A DNA stretch of 57,037 nt, taken from positions 1 through 57,037 of the forward strand of contig JALEGN010000019.1 of NCBI GenBank assembly GCA_022763365.1, written 5' to 3'. The notes under the pieces are model-generated. The model made no database searches. It was not told the origin of the DNA and saw only the letters and a list, made by a program, of their open reading frames with translations. Below, piece after piece: positions 40,090 through 48,277 of the stretch; the first letter of the stretch is position 1; each line of letters begins with the position of its first letter. The position numbers were made by a program, and so were the translations under genes. Source of the stretch: Minisyncoccota bacterium (lineage in GTDB: Bacteria; Patescibacteriota; Minisyncoccia; Phycocordibacterales; UBA1006).

Positions 40090-40755
40090 TTATTCAACAT
40101 TTTCAGGTCTTCCAAGAGGTCGTTTAGTTCTGGTTGAACCAACAACGTGATTAGTCTTACCTTTCTTTTTCAGGTACTCCTGATAAATCTTTTGCTCCTT
40201 TTCATATTCTTGATAGAACTCCTTCAGCTCGAGACTTAAATTAGTTTTAAAGATATTCCAAGACATCTTTTCTACCTTTCCATTAGAATGGTATTCAGTA
40301 CGGTTACACTCCCACCAATGCTTGGTTCCTTTTTTGTTACGCTTAGGATACATTTTCGCTTTACACTCAGGACATAATGGCTGACTCTCTAGTATCGTTT
40401 TGACGATCAATGACCAGCTCATCAATTTCTGAATGAAATTTTTGGTCCTTCTGATTTGTGGCGATGAATAAATTCGCGTATCACCATCAAGCAGTGAAAC
40501 CCATGCGCAACGATTTTCTTTAATCGTAGTTTTACTCTCACGACTAAAGGTCGTATAGACTTTAACTGACAAACGGCCGACACTGAATATAAACGCTGTA
40601 TTGCTTCCTTCTTGGTGAAGTTTTCGATCACCTAAGGCTAGTCGTTCAAACATCTGTTGCTCCTCTTTCTCAGTTACTTTTCGAAATCCATTATTCTTAA
40701 AAAATTTCTCTATTTTTTTGAAATCTGATTCTTTAAATTCAATATACTCTGGCAT
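40090..40755 (-). CDS. Hypothetical protein with C4/C3H zinc ribbon
   Basis: CPEC...WECNRTEYH. Confidence 0.7.
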   Translation of the reverse strand: MPEYIEFKESDFKKIEKFFKNNGFRKVTEKEEQQMFERLALGDRKLHQEGSNTAFIFSVGRLSVKVYTTFSRESKTTIKENRCAWVSLLDGDTRIYSSPQIRRTKNFIQKLMSWSLIVKTILESQPLCPECKAKMYPKRNKKGTKHWWECNRTEYHSNGKVEKMSWNIFKTNLSLELKEFYQEYEKEQKIYQEYLKKKGKTNHVVGSTRTKRPLGRPENVE

Positions 40756-40830
40756 ATCTCTTGTTTTTAATATTTGAATTTAATATTAGTATTTTTTTCT
40801 AAAGAATCAAGAAAGATAAGGCTTATACAA

Positions 40831-40972
40831 TGGAGATTTACACCTTTTAAGTAAAAGACGCCAGGACTTACTGCATGCTAAAATTTCATATTCACCTGGT
40901 TCATTAAAATTTTACCCTGTATAAAATAGTTTGGACTCGGTCACAAGTAATTTTCCTGACGAATAATCTCCA
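40831..40972 (-). ncRNA. Putative structured ncRNA (about 140 nt), family unknown
   Basis: Nested helices TGGAGATT/AATCTCCA, CGTCAGGA/TCCTGGCG, TTACTTGTG/CATGCAGTAA and TAAAATTTTA/TGAAATTTTA; the non-Watson-Crick pairs are G-U on the minus strand. Confidence 0.45.
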
Positions 40973-41032
40973 AGATTATTCTGCGGTGGACATATATAAA
41001 AACAGCCCCAAATTTTGCTGTTTTTATATATT

Positions 41033-41104
41033 TGCACCCGCCAGGACTCGAACCTGGAATAACGGTTCCGAAGACCGTTGTGATATCCATTTCACCACAG
41101 GTGG
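41033..41104 (-). tRNA. tRNA-Arg(UCG)
   Basis: Cloverleaf: anticodon arm ACGGT-CTTCGGA-ACCGT, T arm CCAGG-TTCGAGT-CCTGG; C1:C72 mismatch; no encoded CCA. Confidence 0.93.
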
Positions 41105-41335
41105 AGAAGCTTTATTAAGCTGACATAAGTATAGATATTTTAAGTATTTACGCAAGTTTTTTATATTTGTATACATAGATGGGGTATATCTCAAAAATGT
41201 GAGGGTATTTTTATGAAAATTTGACAAAAAAAGCCATAAAACAAAAAAAGACGCAATTTAAAATACTTAATATCAAGCATAAAATCAAATAGATTTAATA
41301 AAATAACAAACAAAATAAGGGTCTTAGAAAAGAGT

Positions 41336-41386
41336 TGTTTATAAATCAGTGCAAGCTGTGGATAACTTTGGGTATAAGGGGGATAA
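41336..41386. promoter_or_regulatory. Cluster of four co-oriented DnaA-box-like 9-mers (candidate oriC)
   Basis: TGTTTATAA 41336, perfect TGTGGATAA 41357, TGGGTATAA 41369, GGGGGATAA 41378, inside about 670 bp of very AT-rich non-coding DNA. Confidence 0.6.
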
Positions 41387-41477
41387 AAGACAAAAAGTAT
41401 AGTGACTTTTATAAAAGACATTTATGTTTAAATTGATGGTTTAATCCAATGAAACCTTACATAATCAATAAAATTAA

Positions 41478-42191
41478 GGTTTCACGTGAAAACCAGCTTA
41501 TTAAATCATTCGTTTCATATTAAACATCACTTAAATACTAAAAACTTATTTAAATTAAAAATGGAATTGTATTCAATAGAGCATCTTAGAAAGAGATGTT
41601 ATATACAAAACAATTAGATACTAAAATATTAGTACAGATAGAAAATTAATAATTGATTATTAATAAGGTGTTTCACATGAAACTTAGAAAACTCCTTCAA
41701 AATAATTCAAATAAATAAGAATCTAATAAGAAAAATACTCAAATAAATTTATCCTTAATAAGTGCTATAGTAGTTTCATATGAAACGTTTCACCGCTCTA
41801 AAGCAGAAGATTGGTAAATATGGAGAAGATATCTGTGTCAAATGGCTTGAAAATAATAATTACACGATCACAGAAAGAAACTTCACAACAAGATCAGGAG
41901 AAATAGATATTATTGCTCAAAAAACCAAAATACTCCATTTTATTGAAGTTAAAAGTATTATTAACAGAAACAACTCCAATGTTACACATGAAACATATAA
42001 TCCCGCAGAAAATATGACAAAAGCAAAGATCTCAAAGTGTTATAGTGTGATACATGAATATAAACAACTACATAAGGTTACACATGAAACACAACTAGAT
42101 TTATACATGGTATTTATTGATAATAATAATCGTAAACATAGAATAAAAAGAATCGAGAATATATTCTAAAATAATTGTTACACATGAAACA
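41478..42191. promoter_or_regulatory. parS centromere cluster (about 7 sites)
   Basis: 16-mers matching the consensus TGTTTCACGTGAAACA at 41478, 41511 (degenerate), 41669, 41772, 41980, 42076 and 42176. Confidence 0.85.
41780..42169 (+). CDS. yraN: YraN family (UPF0102) PD-(D/E)XK nuclease
   Basis: GKYGEDI..WL, ERNF...GEIDIIA, LHFIEVK. Confidence 0.9.
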   Translation: MKRFTALKQKIGKYGEDICVKWLENNNYTITERNFTTRSGEIDIIAQKTKILHFIEVKSIINRNNSNVTHETYNPAENMTKAKISKCYSVIHEYKQLHKVTHETQLDLYMVFIDNNNRKHRIKRIENIF

Positions 42192-42479
42192 ATTTAATCC
42201 CGTTTAATAAACCAAACTCAAGGAAAAGTATTCTTAAATAACAACAAACTTTCAGCATGTTTCTTTTTCACATAAAACACTAATATATCGAGAAACCGTG
42301 AAACTTTTAAATTATTTTTAAAATAAAAGGTTATTTTAAATGAAAAAATGAAACTACTATAATTTAAGAAATAGTAATGAACTATACTAATGTCAACTTT
42401 ATCCATCCAACATCCATAAATTAGACATAGACAAAAGATTGCTCAAATTCATCTTTATGGTAGTATAGCTGTGTTATAT

Positions 42480-42552
42480 CGGGGTGTGGTGTAACGGCTA
42501 ACATGCTCGTTTTGGGTACGAGTGACTCCGGGTTCGAATCCCGGCTCCCCGA
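42480..42552 (+). tRNA. tRNA-Pro(UGG)
   Basis: CGGGGTG...CTCGT-TTTGGGT-ACGAG...CCGGG-TTCGAAT-CCCGG-CTCCCCGA; no encoded CCA; terminator at 42559-42590. Confidence 0.95.
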
Positions 42553-42738
42553 CAAAAAATAGAACTAATAGCTTTCGCTATTAGTTTTATTTTTATGACG
42601 GAGAATCAAGGAATTCCCTCAGGTTTCATCACAGGAGTATTTCTAAAAATATATTCATTTCATTCATTATTTTAAGTTATACTAGGAGCGATAGCGAGCA
42701 GCAAATCCCAATTTCCAAATTCTATATAAAAAAACCAA

Positions 42739-43260
42739 TCACAAGTATTGGTTTTGTATAAATATTTTAAGAATTCCTAAAGGTTCAGTAAAAAATTTCT
42801 CCCAACCAACCCAGTTATCATAATAACTTTCTGGATTATTAGGCCAATCGCTGAAAAGAGGAGCAGATCGAAGATATGTTTCTGAATCAACCATGCCCAT
42901 TTCTCGCATTTTTACAATAAGATCAAACTGATACAGATAGCCCATGGAATCACGTTTTAATGCAAAAACCTCCTCTTCTTTCTTTTGTTTCTTTTTAGGT
43001 TGTGAAACCTTAGAACTCTCGAGAACTTGAGTATTTTTTACAGCCTTGCTTGAAGGTATTGGCTTTATTTTCTTGTTGCGAAAACCAGGAAACAACAATT
43101 CCCATATTTCATCTGCAGTTTTACCTTCATTGCGATACGCAACATAGGGCATCGAAGGAAGATTATATTTCGCAGCGCGTACTCGATACTGCAAAGGGTT
43201 TCTGATATCGCTAATTGATTTTACCCGTAACGCCAGTTCGAGTAGATTTTTAGGATACAT
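42739..43260 (-). CDS. Protein with two phage-integrase-repeat-unit-like motifs
   Basis: LPSMPYVAYRNEG and WPNNPESYYDNWVGWEKF resemble the LPSxPxxxYxxWxGW repeat. Confidence 0.6.
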   Translation of the reverse strand: MYPKNLLELALRVKSISDIRNPLQYRVRAAKYNLPSMPYVAYRNEGKTADEIWELLFPGFRNKKIKPIPSSKAVKNTQVLESSKVSQPKKKQKKEEEVFALKRDSMGYLYQFDLIVKMREMGMVDSETYLRSAPLFSDWPNNPESYYDNWVGWEKFFTEPLGILKIFIQNQYL

Positions 43261-43347
43261 AATTAAAGTATTTTTATTTACTCACACTATAACAATTTAT
43301 TACCTAAAAAGTCTTGACAAAAATTTTAGTTCGTGTATTATATTAAT

Positions 43348-43432
43348 TGTGAGTGGCGAGTTACGCAGGTAATTTTTTTAGCCATAAACATCCGACAAAA
43401 GAGCACTTGGTTTCCAAGGGCTCTTTTGTTTT
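43348..43432 (+). ncRNA. Putative small RNA/leader with its own promoter and strong terminator
   Basis: TTGACA (43314)-16-TATTAT; hairpin GTGGC-GAGTTAC-GCAG-GTAATTT...GCCAT; terminator ACAAAAGAGC-A-CTTGG-TTT-CCAAG-G-GCTCTTTTGT-TTT. Confidence 0.45.
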
Positions 43433-43473
43433 ATAAATTTTACTATGTAGAGTGGATACGATATAATTTAATT

Positions 43474-43569
43474 ATGTTTATTCTTGATAGCATTTTAAAA
43501 ATTGTCCTAGGTGTTGTTGATATTGTTATGGGACTCTTTACAGCTATTTTTGGCGGCGGAAGAAAATAA
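43474..43569 (+). CDS. 31-aa amphipathic/hydrophobic peptide MFILDSILKIVLGVVDIVMGLFTAIFGGGRK
   Basis: TATAAT 6 nt before ATG, as for other leaderless genes here; CACC-family terminator right after the stop. Confidence 0.55.
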   Translation: MFILDSILKIVLGVVDIVMGLFTAIFGGGRK

Positions 43570-43589
43570 AAAACACCTAAAGGTGTTTT

Positions 43590-45029
43590 TTATTTTTCTT
43601 TTGCGTCTATATGCTCAGCCGGTAATCCATCAAACCAACTACGTGACATAGCTCTTCCATCCTTATACTCACCCTTATCTAAGGCAATCATTATCTCAGG
43701 ATTTTCATTAAGAGATACTTCTTTGTAACCTCCCACTGACTGATCTGGGTTAAGAACCTGAATAACAACCTTAATGCCTCTTTCGTTAAGGGTTTCAACA
43801 AGGTTATTTGAAAATTTAGTTTGTTCACTTCGGGCCGCATTTCTTGCCTCAGCATCGTCTGACCAAATTTCTTTGAATGAAAAATCAGGTTCATCAGTGA
43901 TGATAACTATTTTTGAATTATCTTCAACATCAGATAAATATCTTTCAATCGTTTTCGTATGTGCCTCTGCATTACCTCCCAAAAGACCTTTTTTAGAAAT
44001 TTCTTTGCCTAATTCTTGTTCTAAATCATTTACAAAATTATAAACAGCCTTAGCATCTTCTACCATTGAGCCAGATTGATCTATAATTACCATATCAGCA
44101 TCAACAAAAGTCTTTAATTTAGGATTTTTTTCGATTGCGTCCTGAACAAATTCAGGAATATCTTCTACAGCTGAGGCTGGGTTTCGTTCAATCATTTCTT
44201 CGATAGAAATGCGAAGACGTCTTCCTTCTTCAATAATCCCATCTGCATCTTCTTGGGTATATTGACGTGTAGATGTCTCCATCGCAGCAGAGTCGATACC
44301 GTCAACCGAATCAAGAACATTGTCTTGCATAGCTTTTACACCTTCATCTGCACGATATTGAGCCAATGTCTCATTATCAAATACTTGACCACGTGACCCA
44401 CTATCAGTGCCTACCTCAGGATCAATTACGTGATAACTCGTTGATCCTTCAATTACGATTTTTGCTTCACCTGAATTAATTCTTTCTTTAACTTCTTCTG
44501 GTAATTCATTTAGGAATTCTATAAATTCAGATTTTAGTTCTATAATTTGCTCTGGAGACAAGTCAGCTTTCCCCATGTCAAAACCTGCGTCAAAAGTTTT
44601 TTCAAATTTTTCAACGCCATCTTCTAGACCATTTTCATTATTATCTTCAGGGTCAGGTTCAGTCTCATTCATGTTTTGCTGTGCTTCTTCAAAAGAAATG
44701 GTATCAACATCTTTTTCTGTAGCTTGTGCATCAAAAGAAATTTCTTTATTAATATCATTTCCTTTCGGTGTATGCTCAGCAGTATTTGCTTTTGCGATAG
44801 CAGGGGCAAGTAAAGTCATCCCAAGGAGTACAGCTTTTCGTAGTTTTGCCCGCATACCTTCTTTTTTAATAGCGTTGTTAAAAACCTCGGTATTATCCTC
44901 TGCCAATAAAGCTTCGATTTCTTTAAAGTCCTCAAGATCTTTACCAGTTAATTCCGGCATCGTTTCTTGTTCAACTTTTGTCGCCTCAATTGTATCTTCT
45001 TGTTTATTTATAATTACTTTTTCAAACAT
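43590..45029 (-). CDS. Exported acidic protein with OmpA-C-like peptidoglycan-binding domain and vWA domain
   Basis: Delayed signal/TM segment; FDMGKADLS...IEGSTS...NETLAQYRA...GRRL; MIDAS DQSGS and IITDE. Confidence 0.65.
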   Translation of the reverse strand: MFEKVIINKQEDTIEATKVEQETMPELTGKDLEDFKEIEALLAEDNTEVFNNAIKKEGMRAKLRKAVLLGMTLLAPAIAKANTAEHTPKGNDINKEISFDAQATEKDVDTISFEEAQQNMNETEPDPEDNNENGLEDGVEKFEKTFDAGFDMGKADLSPEQIIELKSEFIEFLNELPEEVKERINSGEAKIVIEGSTSYHVIDPEVGTDSGSRGQVFDNETLAQYRADEGVKAMQDNVLDSVDGIDSAAMETSTRQYTQEDADGIIEEGRRLRISIEEMIERNPASAVEDIPEFVQDAIEKNPKLKTFVDADMVIIDQSGSMVEDAKAVYNFVNDLEQELGKEISKKGLLGGNAEAHTKTIERYLSDVEDNSKIVIITDEPDFSFKEIWSDDAEARNAARSEQTKFSNNLVETLNERGIKVVIQVLNPDQSVGGYKEVSLNENPEIMIALDKGEYKDGRAMSRSWFDGLPAEHIDAKEK

Positions 45030-45168
45030 ATTATTCTTTAAATTAGATGAATATATTATAACATTTATTTTTTATATGTAAATATATTATATAGCTTATA
45101 GTATATCGCCAGTATACCACTCCTAGGGTTCCAGATATAGAAAAACCACACATCTGTGTGGTTTAAAA

Positions 45169-46425
45169 TTATTGTGTATCCCTTAAATAAGTTGAAGATA
45201 TTTCTGGTAGTCGACTTGGCACTAATTGAAATAGATCACCAAACCCCCAAGGAATAGTATCCATAACACTACCAAAGGTAAGTCCTGACCCTGGCCGCTC
45301 GAACACAAGGAATGAAGTCCCATGATTATGGTAAGGCATCATTGCTTGCTCGAGCAAACTTAGATCTGAATCACTATCAGACTCTAGAGTTCCGTTACCA
45401 GAAACCTTGAGGTACCTAGGATCAGATATCTTTACCATATTATCAACACCGATAACTATTGGTGTGTTTGGAAAGAGTTCGCCCATTTTAGCGTAGGTCC
45501 CAGCACCGTAGGTCACCGCAACCGCATAAAGACTATTAAACTGCATTAACCTTTTATTAATCTCTCTATTACTTAAATCACCTTTAATTGGATGTGAGGT
45601 TTCAAGAAGAAATAAGGGTTTTTTACCTGTCATAATAGCCACAATCCGAGCCATCTCTTCATGTCCAATATGCAAAGGGTTGGCAGAACTAGGAAGAAGA
45701 AAATATTCATTAGGATTAAATGATTCATCATCTAGATCACTAGAGATTACATCATGTTCGGGTAGAAAAATATTAACATCCTTAATTCTATCAATATCAT
45801 GAAACATACGACCTTCAATTCTATAGAATTGTTTTAATAAATTCATTTCTTCTGTAGATAAGCCATCTGGCCTGTCAGTACTACGGAAATTGTGAATATC
45901 AATTTTTGCAACACTATAGTGATCCAAAACGAGTTTTAAGGCAAAAAAATCACACAAATCGTTTTCCAAAGTACGCCCAAAAAGTGATGTATTATCAGTT
46001 TTTTTCGGGAATTCTATTGAAAATTCTCGTCTATAGTTCCGAGACTTAAGGCACATATATGCACCTAAATATCCTCGTTTAGGTCGACCTGGATCAATCG
46101 AGCCTGTAACCGATAACCCTACAACCATATTAGGATGTACTTTTTCACGATTAAAACCATGTTTTCTTCCGCGGTACCAGGCCTCTGCTGCAAGAGCATT
46201 TGCCATTTCTTGTGACACAAATTTTGTAATCAACATCCCACCAACATACAGCGTACTTGCTTCTTGTGAATAAGGGAATGTTCCCCCTAAAAGGGTATTG
46301 GAACATCCCGGGATTGATGTAAGTATTCCTTGTAAGCTGGCGCTCGCTCCTGTTGCCACTATTTCGATAAATGATTCCTTATGCTCATGGAGCTGTTTGA
46401 TATATGATTCTACATTTAACAACAT
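45169..46425 (-). CDS. CinA/PncC-like domain fused to a HIGH-motif nucleotidyltransferase (NadD/NMNAT-like)
   Basis: IVATGA...IPGCSNTLLGG..PYS...FVSQEMANALA...GLSVTG; C-half SANPLHIGH, IGVDN, ISSTYLR. Confidence 0.75.
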   Translation of the reverse strand: MLLNVESYIKQLHEHKESFIEIVATGASASLQGILTSIPGCSNTLLGGTFPYSQEASTLYVGGMLITKFVSQEMANALAAEAWYRGRKHGFNREKVHPNMVVGLSVTGSIDPGRPKRGYLGAYMCLKSRNYRREFSIEFPKKTDNTSLFGRTLENDLCDFFALKLVLDHYSVAKIDIHNFRSTDRPDGLSTEEMNLLKQFYRIEGRMFHDIDRIKDVNIFLPEHDVISSDLDDESFNPNEYFLLPSSANPLHIGHEEMARIVAIMTGKKPLFLLETSHPIKGDLSNREINKRLMQFNSLYAVAVTYGAGTYAKMGELFPNTPIVIGVDNMVKISDPRYLKVSGNGTLESDSDSDLSLLEQAMMPYHNHGTSFLVFERPGSGLTFGSVMDTIPWGFGDLFQLVPSRLPEISSTYLRDTQ

Positions 46426-46526
46426 ACAGTATTTAATTTTAGTTTTACAATTTATTAAATTATAAAACGTAAAAATTATCTTGCAAGATATTAAGCGAAA
46501 GGTTAGGATAAAGAAAAACCATACAA

Positions 46527-47348
46527 ATGAAAAAGTTTAGCGTTCAAACGAGCGAATATATTGATAAGGGAGCTTTTTGGAAGAAAAAAGTTGTACAATT
46601 TCTCAAAGATAATATCTCAGATGTTTCGATAACCAATAGAAATCCCGACGTAGTCATTATCTTAGGAGGCGACGGTACCATTATCGATAAGGTAATGGAG
46701 TTTGAAAAATATAATCCACTATTTTTTGGTCTTAACCTTGGAAATGTGGGATTCTTAGCATCGGTGCGTAAAGAAAATGAATTTCTTGAAGGGATTCACA
46801 GCCTTATCAAGGGTGAATTTGAAACTTCAACACGAATGCTCCTTGAGGCAAAAGTACTATCAAACAAAAAAGTGATTGCCGTACATCGTGCTTTTAATGA
46901 AGTTGTTGTGAGGCATGTTGCTGGTGTTGTTGACCTGAGCCTTAGTTTAGGTTCACAAGAAATACGATCCTTGAAGGGTGATGGTGTTATCATAGCCAGC
47001 CCATCGGGCTCTACGGCGTATAATTTTTCAGCCGGCGGACCGATTATTGATCCTAAAATTGAGTCGTTAATCATTACCAGCATGATGGACCTGAAAGGAC
47101 GGAAAAACTCTTTGGTGATCAGTCCAAATAATGCGGTATCAATTCGCGTGAATAGCTTTCGCGAAAACAGAGATAGTATTAATAAAGATGTGATCCTTAC
47201 CATTGACGGTAAAGCACAAGAAAGTTTAAGCATGTTTGACGAAGTCTGTGTCAAAAAACATTCTCGAGCAATTAGGATAGCAGAACTTATTACGAACAAA
47301 GAAAACGAAAATTATTTCTTTGCATCAGCAAAAGAAAAATTAGACTAA
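46527..47348 (+). CDS. nadK: NAD kinase
   Basis: LGGDGT, NLGNVGFL, FNE, GDGVIIASPSGSTAYNFSAGGP, IDG. Confidence 0.95.
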   Translation: MKKFSVQTSEYIDKGAFWKKKVVQFLKDNISDVSITNRNPDVVIILGGDGTIIDKVMEFEKYNPLFFGLNLGNVGFLASVRKENEFLEGIHSLIKGEFETSTRMLLEAKVLSNKKVIAVHRAFNEVVVRHVAGVVDLSLSLGSQEIRSLKGDGVIIASPSGSTAYNFSAGGPIIDPKIESLIITSMMDLKGRKNSLVISPNNAVSIRVNSFRENRDSINKDVILTIDGKAQESLSMFDEVCVKKHSRAIRIAELITNKENENYFFASAKEKLD

Positions 47349-47377
47349 ATAAAAAACCCGAACTCGTTCGGGTTTTT

Positions 47378-47611
47378 TTATTTGCTTGCTTCATCAATAG
47401 TGATTTGAAAATCATTCCACCATTTAGTAACACGAGCAGTAAATTCGTCCCAATCAGCTTCCAGCCAATCAGCACCTGCATTAACTTCTTCTGAAAAATT
47501 TTTCATTGCGTCATTATATTTCAGTCGTGTTTCAGCATTTATTTTGTCAGCTCGTGCGTCCATTTCTTGGACGATTGCATTCCATTTTTCTATATAATTG
47601 TTATTACTCAT
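47378..47611 (-). CDS. Small helical hypothetical protein
   Basis: MSNNNYIEKW... coiled coil; shares a bidirectional terminator with nadK. Confidence 0.6.
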   Translation of the reverse strand: MSNNNYIEKWNAIVQEMDARADKINAETRLKYNDAMKNFSEEVNAGADWLEADWDEFTARVTKWWNDFQITIDEASK

Positions 47612-47706
47612 ATTAGTTAAAGTTTTAATGCGAATAATAGAGTCATAAGGACAATATTGCGCGTACATCCTTATATTTATAACCTAGGTTTGATAAATCA
47701 CGTGAT

Positions 47707-48186
47707 TCATTCAAGTACCGTAGGAATTAAAGAATGAATAAGTTGTGCGTGCACAAAAGGAGTAATTTCAGTATTAGGTGAGACGATAGCCTTTTGTTCA
47801 AGTTCTAACTCGAAGCTATTTATACTCCCTGAAATAGGCCGTACCGTAACATCTACACCATTATTTTTATTGTAGTTTACAGAAATGAGCTGTTTTTTAG
47901 TTTCAGTATCGACTTCTAAAATAGTCGCTTCTTTTTCAATTAAAAATTCAACAGATTCTTGATATACCTTAATGGACTTAATTTCTTCGTGTTGATTACT
48001 AAGATAAGAGATATAGTTTAGTAAATCTACTTCATTGCCAACTTGTTGGTAATGAAGTTCTTTAATTTGAGAAGATGAGTTTGTTTCATTTTCAGCAAAT
48101 ACTCTATTAAAACCAATAAATACAAGAGATACTACGACTATAAAGAGAGTAGAAAAAATCAAATGAAATTGTTTTTTCTTTAACAT
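47707..48186 (-). CDS. Secreted hypothetical protein
   Basis: Signal peptide ending VFA/E. Confidence 0.65.
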   Translation of the reverse strand: MLKKKQFHLIFSTLFIVVVSLVFIGFNRVFAENETNSSSQIKELHYQQVGNEVDLLNYISYLSNQHEEIKSIKVYQESVEFLIEKEATILEVDTETKKQLISVNYNKNNGVDVTVRPISGSINSFELELEQKAIVSPNTEITPFVHAQLIHSLIPTVLE

Positions 48187-48277
48187 ACCTTATATTATAT
48201 ACTAAATGTACATTTAATGCAAAAAGTATAAAAACATATCTATTTACATTTTATTGAAAGTTAGTTAAGATATAAGT

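Noticed and set aside
40831..40972. SRP RNA, tmRNA or RNase P identity for the structured RNA
   Set aside because: No CAGG..GRAA..AGCAG domain IV, no tRNA-like ends, no GAGGAAAGUC motif.
41478..42191. Recurring GTT(T/A)CACATGAAAC motif as a CRISPR array
   Set aside because: Only 16 bp, irregular spacing (33-208 bp), no cas genes; it matches the parS consensus.
41024..42406. Short ORFs 41024..41227, 41191..41421 and 42218..42406
   Set aside because: They overlap tRNA-Arg or the AT-rich DnaA-box/parS region and have no protein-like features.
42600..42720. Possible ncRNA downstream of tRNA-Pro
   Set aside because: Only a short GGAGCGATAGCGAGCAG motif; no convincing helices could be drawn.
43352..43395. 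Fluoride riboswitch (GGCGA...GCCATAAAC similarity)
   Set aside because: Lacks the GATGG(A/T)GTTC and CTGATGAC pseudoknot elements; no crcB/eriC downstream.
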